From: Acidobacteriaceae bacterium
GTDB lineage: Bacteria; Acidobacteriota; Terriglobia; Terriglobales; Acidobacteriaceae
Length of the DNA stretch: 42,891 nucleotides
Reading direction: 5' to 3'
Assembly: GCA_003135315.1 (NCBI GenBank)
Contig: PLBD01000467.1
Span: 8,120 to 51,010, forward strand
The notes under the pieces were generated by a model. The model had not been told where the DNA came from, made no database searches, and was given only the letters and a program-made list of their open reading frames with translations. Of this stretch, positions 16,285 through 24,279 are shown piece after piece; the stretch's first letter is position 1, and each line of letters begins with the position of its first letter. Both the position numbers and the translations under genes were made by a program.

Positions 16285-16556
16285 ATGATTCGCCGCATCC
16301 GGGACCGTGGGCTCGAACCGAGAGGGATGAAGCTCGTGGCCTGCCGGCGGGGCAGGTCGACAAGATCCGCCGTATTCTGGCTCGGCTCGATCAAGCCACC
16401 GCCGCGGAGCATATGGACCTGTCAGGACTGCGACTGCATCTTCTCAGGGGCGAGCTCGCGGGACACAGGAGCGTCACGGTCCAGGCCAATTGGCGGATCA
16501 TCTTGCGCTTCGAAAGTGGGGACGTGACGGACGTGGATTACTTGGACTATCACTAG
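16285..16556 (+). pseudogene. higB: HigB-type (RelE/ParE superfamily) toxin gene with an apparent frameshift near codon 11
   Basis: Frame 1 gives MIRRIRDRGLE, then nonsense. From about 16320 a second frame gives ...RGLPAGQVDKIRRILARLDQATAAEHMDLSGLRLHLLRGELAGHRSVTVQANWRIILRFESGDVTDVDYLDYH*, the typical HigB body. Stop TAG is at 16554-16556, 9 nt before higA. Confidence 0.65.
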
Positions 16557-16565
16557 GATACGCAC

Positions 16566-16883
16566 ATGGCGATGCTCAACCCTCCTCCTCCCGGACTCTC
16601 GATTCGGCACGATTGTCTCGAGCCGCTGGGTCTTAACGTGACCGAGGCAGCCAAGGCGCTTGGCGTGACACGCCAGGCACTCAATAACTTGGTCAACGGC
16701 AAGAGTGGAATTTCCCCCGAGATGGCAATTCGTTTGGATAAGGCCTTTGGTGGTGGAGCGGAGACATGGCTCAGGCTGCAGATGGCCTACGATCTCGCGC
16801 AAGCACAGAAGGGGGCCGCCAAGATTACCGTCCGGCGAGTGCGTCCTAAGTCAGGCGATCAGCAAGCCAGGCGCGCTGCCTGA
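16566..16883 (+). CDS. higA: HigA-family antitoxin (Xre-type HTH)
   Basis: [63 protein letters not shown] is the canonical HigA/VapI pattern. Confidence 0.85.
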   Translation: MAMLNPPPPGLSIRHDCLEPLGLNVTEAAKALGVTRQALNNLVNGKSGISPEMAIRLDKAFGGGAETWLRLQMAYDLAQAQKGAAKITVRRVRPKSGDQQARRAA

Positions 16884-16939
16884 ATCCAAAGGCGGACTGG
16901 GCGCTGTTCGGGTATCTGCAGCGCTTCGCGGCACCCAAT

Positions 16940-17527
16940 GTGTTCAATCCGTGGTCGGACGCCGATCCGCTGGATCGCACCGACGATGCAGCAAGCCAGC
17001 GTCTGCGACGTCTTAAACAGCACCTGGCCTGTCGTCCAGCATTTGTGCTGGTTGGGGAAGCAGCCGGCTATCAGAGCTGCCGTTTCTCGGGCGTGGCCTT
17101 TACCAGCGAACGACTGCTGCTTGAAGACGGGATTCCGCGCGTGCTCTCTTCTGAGCGCATCACCGATCGAGTGCGTCCGTGGTCCGAGCCGAGCGCGACT
17201 GTGGTCTGGAGGTGCCTGCACGAATTGCGTATCGCCGATCGCACCGTGCTGTGGAATGCGTTTCCGTGGCACCCGTATCGGCCAGGCGAGCCGCATTCGA
17301 ATCGTCGGCCAAGCACGGCCGAAGTCCGACAGAGCGCTCAGGTGCTGCGGTCCGTCCTGGATCGCTTCGCGGACGCCACGGTCGTCGCAGTTGGCCAGGT
17401 TGCGCGCCAGGCGCTCCAGAATGTCGTAGGCGGCAGTCCGCGCGTTGTGCGCCATCCCGCGATGGCAGGCGCACGTGAATTTCGCTTGAATCTGGCCGCT
17501 ATCGTGCGCAGCCTTGGCAACCGATGA
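16940..17527 (+). CDS. Uracil-DNA glycosylase superfamily protein (family-4-like)
   Basis: VLVGEAAGYQSCRFSGVAFTSE is a GE-x-x-G motif A variant. NAFPWHP and VVRHPAMAG are motif-B-like. The track start is GTG 16940. The open frame continues upstream (…DWALFGYLQRFAAPN) with no canonical start, so the true start is uncertain. Confidence 0.6.
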   Translation: MFNPWSDADPLDRTDDAASQRLRRLKQHLACRPAFVLVGEAAGYQSCRFSGVAFTSERLLLEDGIPRVLSSERITDRVRPWSEPSATVVWRCLHELRIADRTVLWNAFPWHPYRPGEPHSNRRPSTAEVRQSAQVLRSVLDRFADATVVAVGQVARQALQNVVGGSPRVVRHPAMAGAREFRLNLAAIVRSLGNR

Positions 17528-17753
17528 TGACCTGGTCTTGCCAAGCAAGTATGTCGGCGGCGCGCCACCGAACAGCTCTGGGCCCAACACGAGTCTGCGC
17601 CGGGAATCGCCTTTCGCTTATCAGCTGATAGATCATCGATCTCGATAGGCCGACCAGGCTCTCGACATCCGACAGGCGTAAGAGACGGCGTGAGATTAGT
17701 GGGTCATCGAAGTCGCGAGCAACTGAAATCTTCTGTGAACCGCCAGACTGCAC
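17499..17753 (-). CDS. Second AlpA-family HTH gene copy, 5'-truncated relative to copy 1
   Basis: LLRLSDVESLVGLSRSMIYQLISERRFPAQTRVGPRAVRWRAADILAWQ is present, starting from GTG 17753. Homology to copy 1 continues upstream of the GTG (EVIRLASRRVDP) and stops abruptly at about 17790. The C-terminal tail differs and overlaps the UDG gene end. Confidence 0.6.
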   Translation of the reverse strand: MQSGGSQKISVARDFDDPLISRRLLRLSDVESLVGLSRSMIYQLISERRFPAQTRVGPRAVRWRAADILAWQDQVIIGCQGCAR

Positions 17754-17791
17754 AGGGTCTACGCGACGGCTAGCGAGCCGGATGACTTCAT
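17534..17791. repeat. Direct repeat R1, copy B
   Basis: Aligns to 9523-9780 (see copy A). Its right end abuts repeat R2 at 17790. Confidence 0.85.
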
Positions 17792-17968
17792 GCCGCCGTA
17801 CTTATGCCGTATTTATTGCGGCTCATGGAGATAGATGCTTGATTTGCTGGCGGGCGGTATCTGGTTCTCCAAGATCGTCGCTGGAGCGATGGGGCAAGAA
17901 GCGCAGCGCTATACTCTACACATTGGCAGGATGCTGAAGGTCGAGCACTGGGATAGGCAGCGTAGCAG
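17790..17968 (+). repeat. Repeat R2, copy 1 (~179 bp)
   Basis: The first 119 nt match 24028-24146 except at one position. The 3' ~80 nt are diverged and include the invariant 15-mer CTCTACACATTGGCA (17914-17928). Confidence 0.85.
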
Positions 17969-18103
17969 GCGGTAAAAGATCGATTTCTGCTGACGGAGGA
18001 TGCTCCGCGTCTCGTTGACTAAGCAACCGCACCTATTGCGTATGGGGATCTATCCTTCTTTCCGATTGCGGCGACCGATGTCGGCCGCAGAGGCGCAAGC
18101 TTC

Positions 18104-19417
18104 GTGGCGACTGAGCGACTCTCGGCAAAAGATGTAGCAATGGTTGCTGAACGCCCGTCCGCGTTTTGGTCAATAGTTCGCGTCTCCTGCGGAAACTTCC
18201 TGGAGATGTACGACTTCATGGTCTTTGGTTATTACGCCTCTTCCATCGGCACGGCTTTCTTTCCGACCGGAAACCCTTTCGTGTCTTTGATGCTGTCCCT
18301 GATGACCTTTGGGGCAGGGTTTCTGATGCGCCCGCTGGGCGCCGTTGTCCTTGGGGCCTACGCCGATCGGCATGGGCGCCGCGCTGGATTGCTTCTGACG
18401 TTGAGCCTAATGTCGATCGGTATCCTCTCCATCGCGTGTATGCCCGGATACGCGACCATTGGTCTGCTAGCCCCGTTGCTCGTGTTGACCGGTCGCCTAC
18501 TTCAGGGGTTTTCCGCTGGCATGGAACTGGGAGGCGTATCGGTTTATTTGTCGGAGATCGCGACGCTTGGGCACAAGGGCTTTTATGTCAGCTGGCAATC
18601 GGGCAGCCAACAGGTGGCCGTCGTGGTCGCGGCGCTGATGGGAGTCGTGCTGAGTTCGACGCTCCCGCCCGAGAAGATGATCCTATGGGGCTGGCGAGTT
18701 CCCTTGTTGCTCGGATGCGCAATCATTCCGTTGCTCTTCTGGCTCAGACGGTCACTGCAGGAGACAGATGAGTTCATCGCCCGTAAACATCGACCCAGGG
18801 GGCAGGACGTTGTTCGTCTGCTCTCGGCAAACTGGAAAATCGTGCTCATCGGGACCCTGCTGGTTACGATGACCACGGTGTCGTTTTACATGATCACAGC
18901 TTATACGCCCACCTTCGGAACATCGGTGCTGCATCTCACCGCAATGGATAGTCTCGTCGTCACGCTGTGCGTGGGCGCATCCAATCTCCTCTGGCTCCCG
19001 GTCATGGGCGCTTTCTCCGATAGAATAGGGCGCCGGCCCTTACTCTTTGCCTGCACAATATTGATGTTGGTGACGGCCTATCCCCTGATGATATGGCTCG
19101 TTCATGCGCCTTCTTTCTCTAGACTTTTGGTCGCCGAGCTTTGGCTGTCGTTCATTTACGGCAGCTACAACGGCGCTATGGTCGTTTATCTAACTGAGAT
19201 CATGCCAGCCGACGTACGGACCACGGCTTTTGCCCTTGCATATAGCCTAGCCACGGCCATCTTCGGCGGGTTTACTCCGGCGATTAGCACCTTTCTGATT
19301 CATATTACTCAGAACCATGCCGTTCCTGGACTGTGGTTGTCCTGCGCGGCGGCGTGCGGCCTTATTGCGACGCTTTGCGCTAAACCTCACAACGACTCTG
19401 GAGGCCGCGCTTCGTAA
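18104..19417 (+). CDS. MFS transporter, metabolite:H+ symporter branch (citrate/tricarballylate-type)
   Basis: [21 protein letters not shown] and [17 protein letters not shown] motifs are present, with about 12 hydrophobic segments. The start is GTG 18104 or ATG 18140. Confidence 0.8.
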   Translation: MATERLSAKDVAMVAERPSAFWSIVRVSCGNFLEMYDFMVFGYYASSIGTAFFPTGNPFVSLMLSLMTFGAGFLMRPLGAVVLGAYADRHGRRAGLLLTLSLMSIGILSIACMPGYATIGLLAPLLVLTGRLLQGFSAGMELGGVSVYLSEIATLGHKGFYVSWQSGSQQVAVVVAALMGVVLSSTLPPEKMILWGWRVPLLLGCAIIPLLFWLRRSLQETDEFIARKHRPRGQDVVRLLSANWKIVLIGTLLVTMTTVSFYMITAYTPTFGTSVLHLTAMDSLVVTLCVGASNLLWLPVMGAFSDRIGRRPLLFACTILMLVTAYPLMIWLVHAPSFSRLLVAELWLSFIYGSYNGAMVVYLTEIMPADVRTTAFALAYSLATAIFGGFTPAISTFLIHITQNHAVPGLWLSCAAACGLIATLCAKPHNDSGGRAS

Positions 19418-19419
19418 CT

Positions 19420-20050
19420 ATGTCCGCCTGGATCTTCGAACAAGTTGTCACGCCCATGCAGGTGCTTTTCATTGCTTCTTTAAGTCAAGAGGAAGCCCGC
19501 GAGCTGCTGGATTCCCTCGACGCTTCGACCCTCGTGGGGTTACGCGATCGTGCCCTAATCGCCACCATGATCTACACCTTTGGACGCGTCGGGGCGGTGA
19601 TCAAGATGCGGGTCGAGGACTACTACACCCAGGGTCGTCGGGGCTGCGTGCGATTGCATGAGAAAGGTGGAAAGCGTCATGAAATGCCCTGCAACCACAA
19701 TCTCGAGGCGTATCTGGATGCCTACATCAATGCTGCGGGTCTGGCCGGCGACCTGAAGGGGCTACCTGTTCCGGACTGTACGCGGTCGTGGCCGAGCGCT
19801 CACGACGAATCCCCTCGCCCAGGCGGACGTCTATCGGATGATTCGTCGTCGGGCATTCAAGGCGGGAATCAAGACCAGGATCGGCAATCACACATTCCGG
19901 GCGACGGGGATTACACAGTACCTGCGCAACGACGGCCGGCGCGAGCTCGCGCAACAGATGGCGGCGCATGAGTCGCCGCGCACGACGGCGCTATATGATC
20001 GGCGGGATGATGAGGTGGCGGTGGATGAGGTGGAGAGGATCCTAATCTGA
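19420..20050 (+). pseudogene. Tyrosine recombinase/integrase remnant: N-terminal ~100+ aa missing, plus a +1 frameshift
   Basis: Catalytic-domain motifs are split over two frames: GLRDRALIATMIYTFGRVGAVIKMRVEDY, VRLHEKGGKRHEMPCNH | YLFRTVRGRGRALTTNPLAQADVYRMIRRRAFKAGI, GNHTFRATGITQYL, MAAHESPRTTALYDRR. The frames join at the G-run 19758-19761. Homology begins right after the MFS stop. Confidence 0.8.
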
Positions 20051-20083
20051 GGAGCGCCCTGCTCTTTGCGCATGCTGCGAGAT

Positions 20084-20449
20084 TCAGGTACGTCTTATCG
20101 GAGGAACCGCAAACCAGGTCAAGACGACAAATATCGCGAAAGCGATGTAAGCCGCTGTGAAGACCCAGGTGGGAAGTTGGTAAAACATTATCCGATGTAC
20201 CCAGCGTTCTATGAAGCCGGATCCGGAACTCTCTCCGCGGACCCGGTCCTCCCACACCGTCAAGGGGCAGATTATTCCGGCAACAGACTCGGCTGCCACG
20301 AGAACAATTGCGCCGACATGTACCACACGCCAGCGTCGGTCCCGCACCCAGGACCACTTTAGAGCGGCGCCTATATAGATGAGCGGCACTGTCGCCGTAA
20401 TGAACAACACAATGGCGACGTGGATGATTAGGATCGCATTGGCCGCCAT
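20084..20449 (-). CDS. Small membrane protein, DUF2784-like
   Basis: 121 aa with 3-4 hydrophobic helices and the conserved-looking CPLTVWEDRVR motif. Confidence 0.55.
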   Translation of the reverse strand: MAANAILIIHVAIVLFITATVPLIYIGAALKWSWVRDRRWRVVHVGAIVLVAAESVAGIICPLTVWEDRVRGESSGSGFIERWVHRIMFYQLPTWVFTAAYIAFAIFVVLTWFAVPPIRRT

Positions 20450-20535
20450 AGCGCGTCACCCTGTATTCGTGAAATTATAGAGGAGAAGACACGATTCGCG
20501 ATTTAAAGCACGTTAAGGACCCGGTTGTCTGCCAT

Positions 20536-20724
20536 TCACGCGAAGACTTTCCATTTTAGTGCTATGAAGATGGCGAACGCGGCGGCGATGGATGTTCCTA
20601 ATGCAATGGCTACTAACTGCGGGCGTGAGTCAATTGGATAGAGACCCGTGACTACCATAGAGATACATCCAATGATGACCACAATGAGAAGCAAAAGTGC
20701 CAGAGCGACCGCCCGCTTATTCAT
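20536..20724 (-). CDS. Hypothetical small two-helix membrane protein (62 aa)
   Basis: The ORF has two clear hydrophobic segments. No family recognised. Confidence 0.4.
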   Translation of the reverse strand: MNKRAVALALLLLIVVIIGCISMVVTGLYPIDSRPQLVAIALGTSIAAAFAIFIALKWKVFA

Positions 20725-20803
20725 GGTAAAAAATAACGCCCCTTTTCCGTTAGATACGCATAGCCTTGGTGCATCCCACCGCTCAGAGCTCAGGACGGCA
20801 GGT

Positions 20804-20834
20804 TTGGCAGAAAAAGAAAGCGATCCCCTATAAT
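20804..20834 (+). promoter_or_regulatory. Sigma70-like promoter candidate: TTGGCA - 19 nt - TATAAT
   Basis: A perfect TATAAT at 20829-20834 sits in a locally AT-rich patch, 58 nt upstream of ATG 20892. The 19-nt spacer is longer than optimal. Confidence 0.35.
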
Positions 20835-20891
20835 GGACTGCGAACTCTAATCCCGGATAGGACTAAAAAGGGGTTTCAGGTCGGGTTGAGT

Positions 20892-21644
20892 ATGCCTGAG
20901 ATGCATGGCAAGTATTGGCTCGGCGCCGCTGCTGCAAGTCTGCTTACTGCAGGCTCCCGCGCCGCGGGCGTCGACGCGCCGCAGAGCTTTTCACCCGAAG
21001 CCTGGCAGCGCACCGCCCACTCATCAGCGGGCGACTGGTCACGCGAGGCGATGATCCACCAGTTTGATATGACCCGAGCGCTCAGGGGTACGCCGCGCGC
21101 ACAGATCCTCGCGCTGCTGGGGCCGCCGGGCTACGCGACCGAGCAGTTTGGCCTGGGCAGCGGACTACAGGTGCGCTTCGATATCTATCGGCTCTCGGCC
21201 GATGCCGATCGTTCCTACGTACTCAGCTACGACGCGCAAGGCAAGCTTGTCCGGGCAGTCATCGACGACACGGTCTGTGCCTGTCCACTGTGCAGCGAAG
21301 CAGCGCCACTCTCTAGCGCGGCGCACCTCCGCGATCAGCTGGTGGAAACCGGCTGGGCCCAAGCAGGTAAGCAGCTGAGCGTGCTCGAGTTCGAATCGCT
21401 GCTGGGCGGCCCGGGAATGCGCATCACTACCACCGACAGCGCCGGCGGCCAGCGCTGGACCCACTACTCTGATGTATGGCGCATCACTGCAAAAGTACCG
21501 TTGTTTCTGCTCGCGGAGGGTGCGCGTCCGACCCGGGACTGGAACGATGCGGCCTTCGGCGAGGCACGCGTGTTTTCCTATACCTTCGTTACGCTGATGC
21601 CTCACTGTCTGGCGCCGAACGAGCGTCGTCACGCGGAGAAATGA
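20892..21644 (+). CDS. Hypothetical secreted protein
   Basis: A signal-peptide-like N-terminus MPEMHGKYWLGAAAASLLTAGSRAAG starts at internal ATG 20892 of the track ORF. No family recognised. Confidence 0.5.
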   Translation: MPEMHGKYWLGAAAASLLTAGSRAAGVDAPQSFSPEAWQRTAHSSAGDWSREAMIHQFDMTRALRGTPRAQILALLGPPGYATEQFGLGSGLQVRFDIYRLSADADRSYVLSYDAQGKLVRAVIDDTVCACPLCSEAAPLSSAAHLRDQLVETGWAQAGKQLSVLEFESLLGGPGMRITTTDSAGGQRWTHYSDVWRITAKVPLFLLAEGARPTRDWNDAAFGEARVFSYTFVTLMPHCLAPNERRHAEK

Positions 21645-21697
21645 CTCGCTGAGCTATCGGGGTGACCTCAAGTAAAGGCATGTTCCGGGTGTAACGC

Positions 21698-21778
21698 TGG
21701 GCGAAGAAAAGGTAGATCATGTCAGGGGACGAATCCAAAGCTCGAAAGGCGGTTTGATCAGCTGTATCGGAAGAGGCC
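21698..21778 (+). repeat. Repeat R3, copy a (~80 bp)
   Basis: Hand alignment to 23244-23327 gives roughly three-quarters identity. The shared core is TGGGCGAAGAAA...AAGCTCGA(A/G)AGGCGGTTTGAT. Confidence 0.55.
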
Positions 21779-21846
21779 GTAGGGTTTGGGTGATAGGCTC
21801 TCAATGGGGATCTGAACCGCTTGGAGTGACATGAATCGGTTGCTCA

Positions 21847-22032
21847 TTGCCCTTGGGACTGTCTTTAATAGGCGCCGGCCTACTCTGGCCGTGGCTCAAA
21901 CGAATGCATTTGTTCCATCTTCCTGGGGACATCATCATCGAGCGGCCGGGATTCAAGTTCATGTTCCCGATTACGACCATGCTGATTGTGATCCCGGTTC
22001 CGTCGGTGATCGCCTGGTTGATGCGGCGCTAG
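21847..22032 (+). CDS. Small membrane protein, DUF2905-like
   Basis: LSLIGAGLLWPWLKRMHLFHLPGDIIIERPGFKFMFPITTMLIVIPV fits the DUF2905 pattern. The TTG start is questionable; see the findings. Confidence 0.5.
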   Translation: MPLGLSLIGAGLLWPWLKRMHLFHLPGDIIIERPGFKFMFPITTMLIVIPVPSVIAWLMRR

Positions 22033-22090
22033 TCCATTGCGCAGGTAAGATCGGTGGGGACAAGCATGCAGACAACCTGGCACCTCTGAC

Positions 22091-23110
22091 ATGAATCATC
22101 GTGGCGCAGCTTCAGTGCGGAGCGTGTTTGTTCTTGCGTGTTGTAGCTTGGCGGCCTGCGGTAGCGGCCCAGTGGGGACGGGCTCTTCTGGAGCAGCCGC
22201 AATCTACGCCGTTGTCCCATCAAGGATCTCGGATGCTGACTATCGCCTAAAGATGACGACATGCCATGTAGAAATGGACGTGAACCCTGCAATTGGCGCT
22301 CGGGTCTCAGCGCTAAGGATAGGGGGCACAGATGTGATTAAGCCCTACGGTTGCGCTACCGGCGCGTACGATGGCACCGCAGCGTGCAATAACTCTGGTT
22401 CCACGTTCTGGACGAGTCCACAGAATGCGTGGCCTTCGGGGTCATGGCCACCGGTTACGTCTGTTGATGGCGCTGCCTATACGCCGAGCATCAGCGGCGC
22501 TCATCTGGTCCTGAGGGGCAGTGAGAATGCGGCCTTGGGCGCGAGCGTCGACAAGGATTTCTCAGCGGATGACAAAACCTGTTCAATCGCGCTGCGCTAC
22601 ACCATAAAAGCTTCCAAGCCGATTGCGGCCGCGCCCTGGGAAATTACCCGTGTACCTCGCGGCGGAATCGCATTCTTCCCGGAGGGCGAGCGCGCAAGGC
22701 TGGCGGCTGGACCCTTAAGCCCATATACCACGACCACGACCACAACCACCCTCAGCGTAATCTGGGTGAACGACTCCACCAAAGCGGCTCCCGTGCCCGC
22801 CGGCGGAGCCAAACTGATTGCAGATGGGGCAGGGGGCTGGCTCGCCTATGCCTTGCACGACGTCCTTTTCATAAAGAGATTCGTTGACGTACCGGCAGCG
22901 TCGTTTGCTCCGAAGGAAGGCGACATCGAGATTTATCCTGGCAGTGACTATTTGGAACTCGAAGTTCAGGGCGCTTACACCCAGCTCAATGGAGGGGATT
23001 CGATTCCCTGGACGGTACAGTGGCGCGCCGTTGCGATTCCGAGCACGGTTTCTGTCACCGCGGGCAGCGCGACGCTGCTCGCATTCGCACAACAGCAAGC
23101 CGGAATGTAG
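22091..23110 (+). CDS. Lipoprotein, DUF4380-like (beta-sandwich, aldose-epimerase-like)
   Basis: The lipobox is LACCSLAAC-GS. The central and C-terminal pattern (TFWTSPQNAW, APWEITRVP, IKRFVDV, LELEVQG) resembles DUF4380. It contains a T8 run. Confidence 0.5.
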   Translation: MNHRGAASVRSVFVLACCSLAACGSGPVGTGSSGAAAIYAVVPSRISDADYRLKMTTCHVEMDVNPAIGARVSALRIGGTDVIKPYGCATGAYDGTAACNNSGSTFWTSPQNAWPSGSWPPVTSVDGAAYTPSISGAHLVLRGSENAALGASVDKDFSADDKTCSIALRYTIKASKPIAAAPWEITRVPRGGIAFFPEGERARLAAGPLSPYTTTTTTTTLSVIWVNDSTKAAPVPAGGAKLIADGAGGWLAYALHDVLFIKRFVDVPAASFAPKEGDIEIYPGSDYLELEVQGAYTQLNGGDSIPWTVQWRAVAIPSTVSVTAGSATLLAFAQQQAGM

Positions 23111-23243
23111 GTCGCCACTTCGTTCCGCTGGTCGCAATGGGTTCTGGTGTCATAGCGGGAAGGCATGCCGCAGCAACTACTGGACAAGTGCGACGTCGCC
23201 GCCGAAGGACTGGACTGTCGAACGGAAGCGGGAATACTTTGAA

Positions 23244-23327
23244 TGGGCGAAGAAAGTGATAGACCAGCTGAGGGGCACCAATTCGAAGCTCGAGAGGCGG
23301 TTTGATGGGGCTATATCGGCAGAAGCC
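23244..23327 (+). repeat. Repeat R3, copy b
   Basis: See copy a. Here it lies in an open frame reading ...EWAKKVIDQLRGTNSKLERRFDGAISAEA.... Confidence 0.55.
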
Positions 23328-23338
23328 ATGATCGATGC

Positions 23339-23977
23339 ATGGCAGCAAATCATATGCTAAGTACAACGAAGATCGGTCATTGGGTATCCGCTGGAAGGGC
23401 GAGGCGGGGAGTCATGTTGATTGGCAGGACTGGCTACTGCGCGGACTTCATCATCTACGCGGTGCTCCTGTTCGCATTGGTCGCGTTTACGCCGAGAGGG
23501 AGTCAGTCGGATCGGTTGATCTGGCTGGGCGCGGCGATTGCGGGTACTGGCAGTTGGACGCTTGTCGAATACCTTATGCATCGCTTCGTGTTTCATCGAA
23601 TGCCCCTGATCGCCGATCTGCACCATGCCCACCATGCGGCACCGCGTGCCTACCTCGCCACCCCGACGTGGCTAACTTTGCCGATTCTGGGCGGACTATT
23701 CTTCCTGCCGATTTGGCGCCTGTTTACACTCAACATCGCGTTCGGAGCGCTCAGTGGGCTGATCATCGGCTGGCTTTGGTACGGGATTGTCCACCATGTC
23801 ATTCATCACCGCCGTCCGCGCCGGTTGGCAATCGCCCTGAAGGCAGCGTCGCATCGACATCTGCGTCATCATTTCGCCTACGGATCCGGCAATTTTGGTG
23901 TGACGACGCCAATGTGGGACCACGTGTTCGGTACCAACATTTCATCACGGGAGCGAGCAAAGGACATTGCCCTATAA
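23339..23977 (+). CDS. Fatty acid hydroxylase / sterol desaturase superfamily membrane protein
   Basis: Histidine boxes HRFVFH, HHAHH, HHVIHH and HRHLRHH are present, with hydrophobic helices. Confidence 0.75.
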   Translation: MAANHMLSTTKIGHWVSAGRARRGVMLIGRTGYCADFIIYAVLLFALVAFTPRGSQSDRLIWLGAAIAGTGSWTLVEYLMHRFVFHRMPLIADLHHAHHAAPRAYLATPTWLTLPILGGLFFLPIWRLFTLNIAFGALSGLIIGWLWYGIVHHVIHHRRPRRLAIALKAASHRHLRHHFAYGSGNFGVTTPMWDHVFGTNISSRERAKDIAL

Positions 23978-24027
23978 CGACCAGAGCAAATCGCTTGCGA
24001 TGAGCTACATCCCGCAACGATTCTCTA

Positions 24028-24210
24028 ATGCCGCCGTACTTATGCCGTATTTATTGCGGCTTATGGAGATAGATGCTTGATTTGCTGGCGGGCGGTATCT
24101 GGTTCTCCAAGATCGTCGCTGGAGCGATGGGGCAAGAAGCGCAGCGGGAGCTATGCTCTACACATTGGCAGGGTACTGAAGGTTAAGCACTGGGGTAGGG
24201 TGAAGCAGTG
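24028..24210 (+). repeat. Repeat R2, copy 2
   Basis: See R2 copy 1. The invariant 15-mer is at 24156-24170. Confidence 0.85.
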
Positions 24211-24235
24211 GCCGAGGTAACGGATTGTTCTAGGC

Positions 24236-24249
24236 CGGAAGATCTTCCG
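24236..24249. promoter_or_regulatory. Perfect 14-bp palindrome CGGAAGATCTTCCG upstream of the YdcZ-like gene
   Basis: Read directly, about 30-38 nt upstream of the candidate starts. Possible operator. Confidence 0.3.
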
Positions 24250-24279
24250 ATGGAGTCTCACAACGCGTAAACCCAAGGA

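Noticed and set aside
16859-17590. 243-aa minus-strand ORF opposite the UDG-family gene
   Set aside because: The plus-strand translation carries UDG-superfamily motifs (GEAAGY..., HP...). The minus ORF has none and would run through the AlpA repeat boundary.
17923-17940. Sigma-54 (-24/-12) promoter in the TTGGCAGG..TGCTGA part of repeat R2
   Set aside because: The GG-to-GC spacing is about 4 nt too short in copy 1, and the GC element is absent in copies 2 and 3.
22884-23360. 158-aa plus-strand ORF spanning the end of the lipoprotein gene and the following spacer
   Set aside because: Its first half is an alternative frame of the lipoprotein gene. Only the tail (repeat R3 copy b) looks protein-like, and it has no start of its own.
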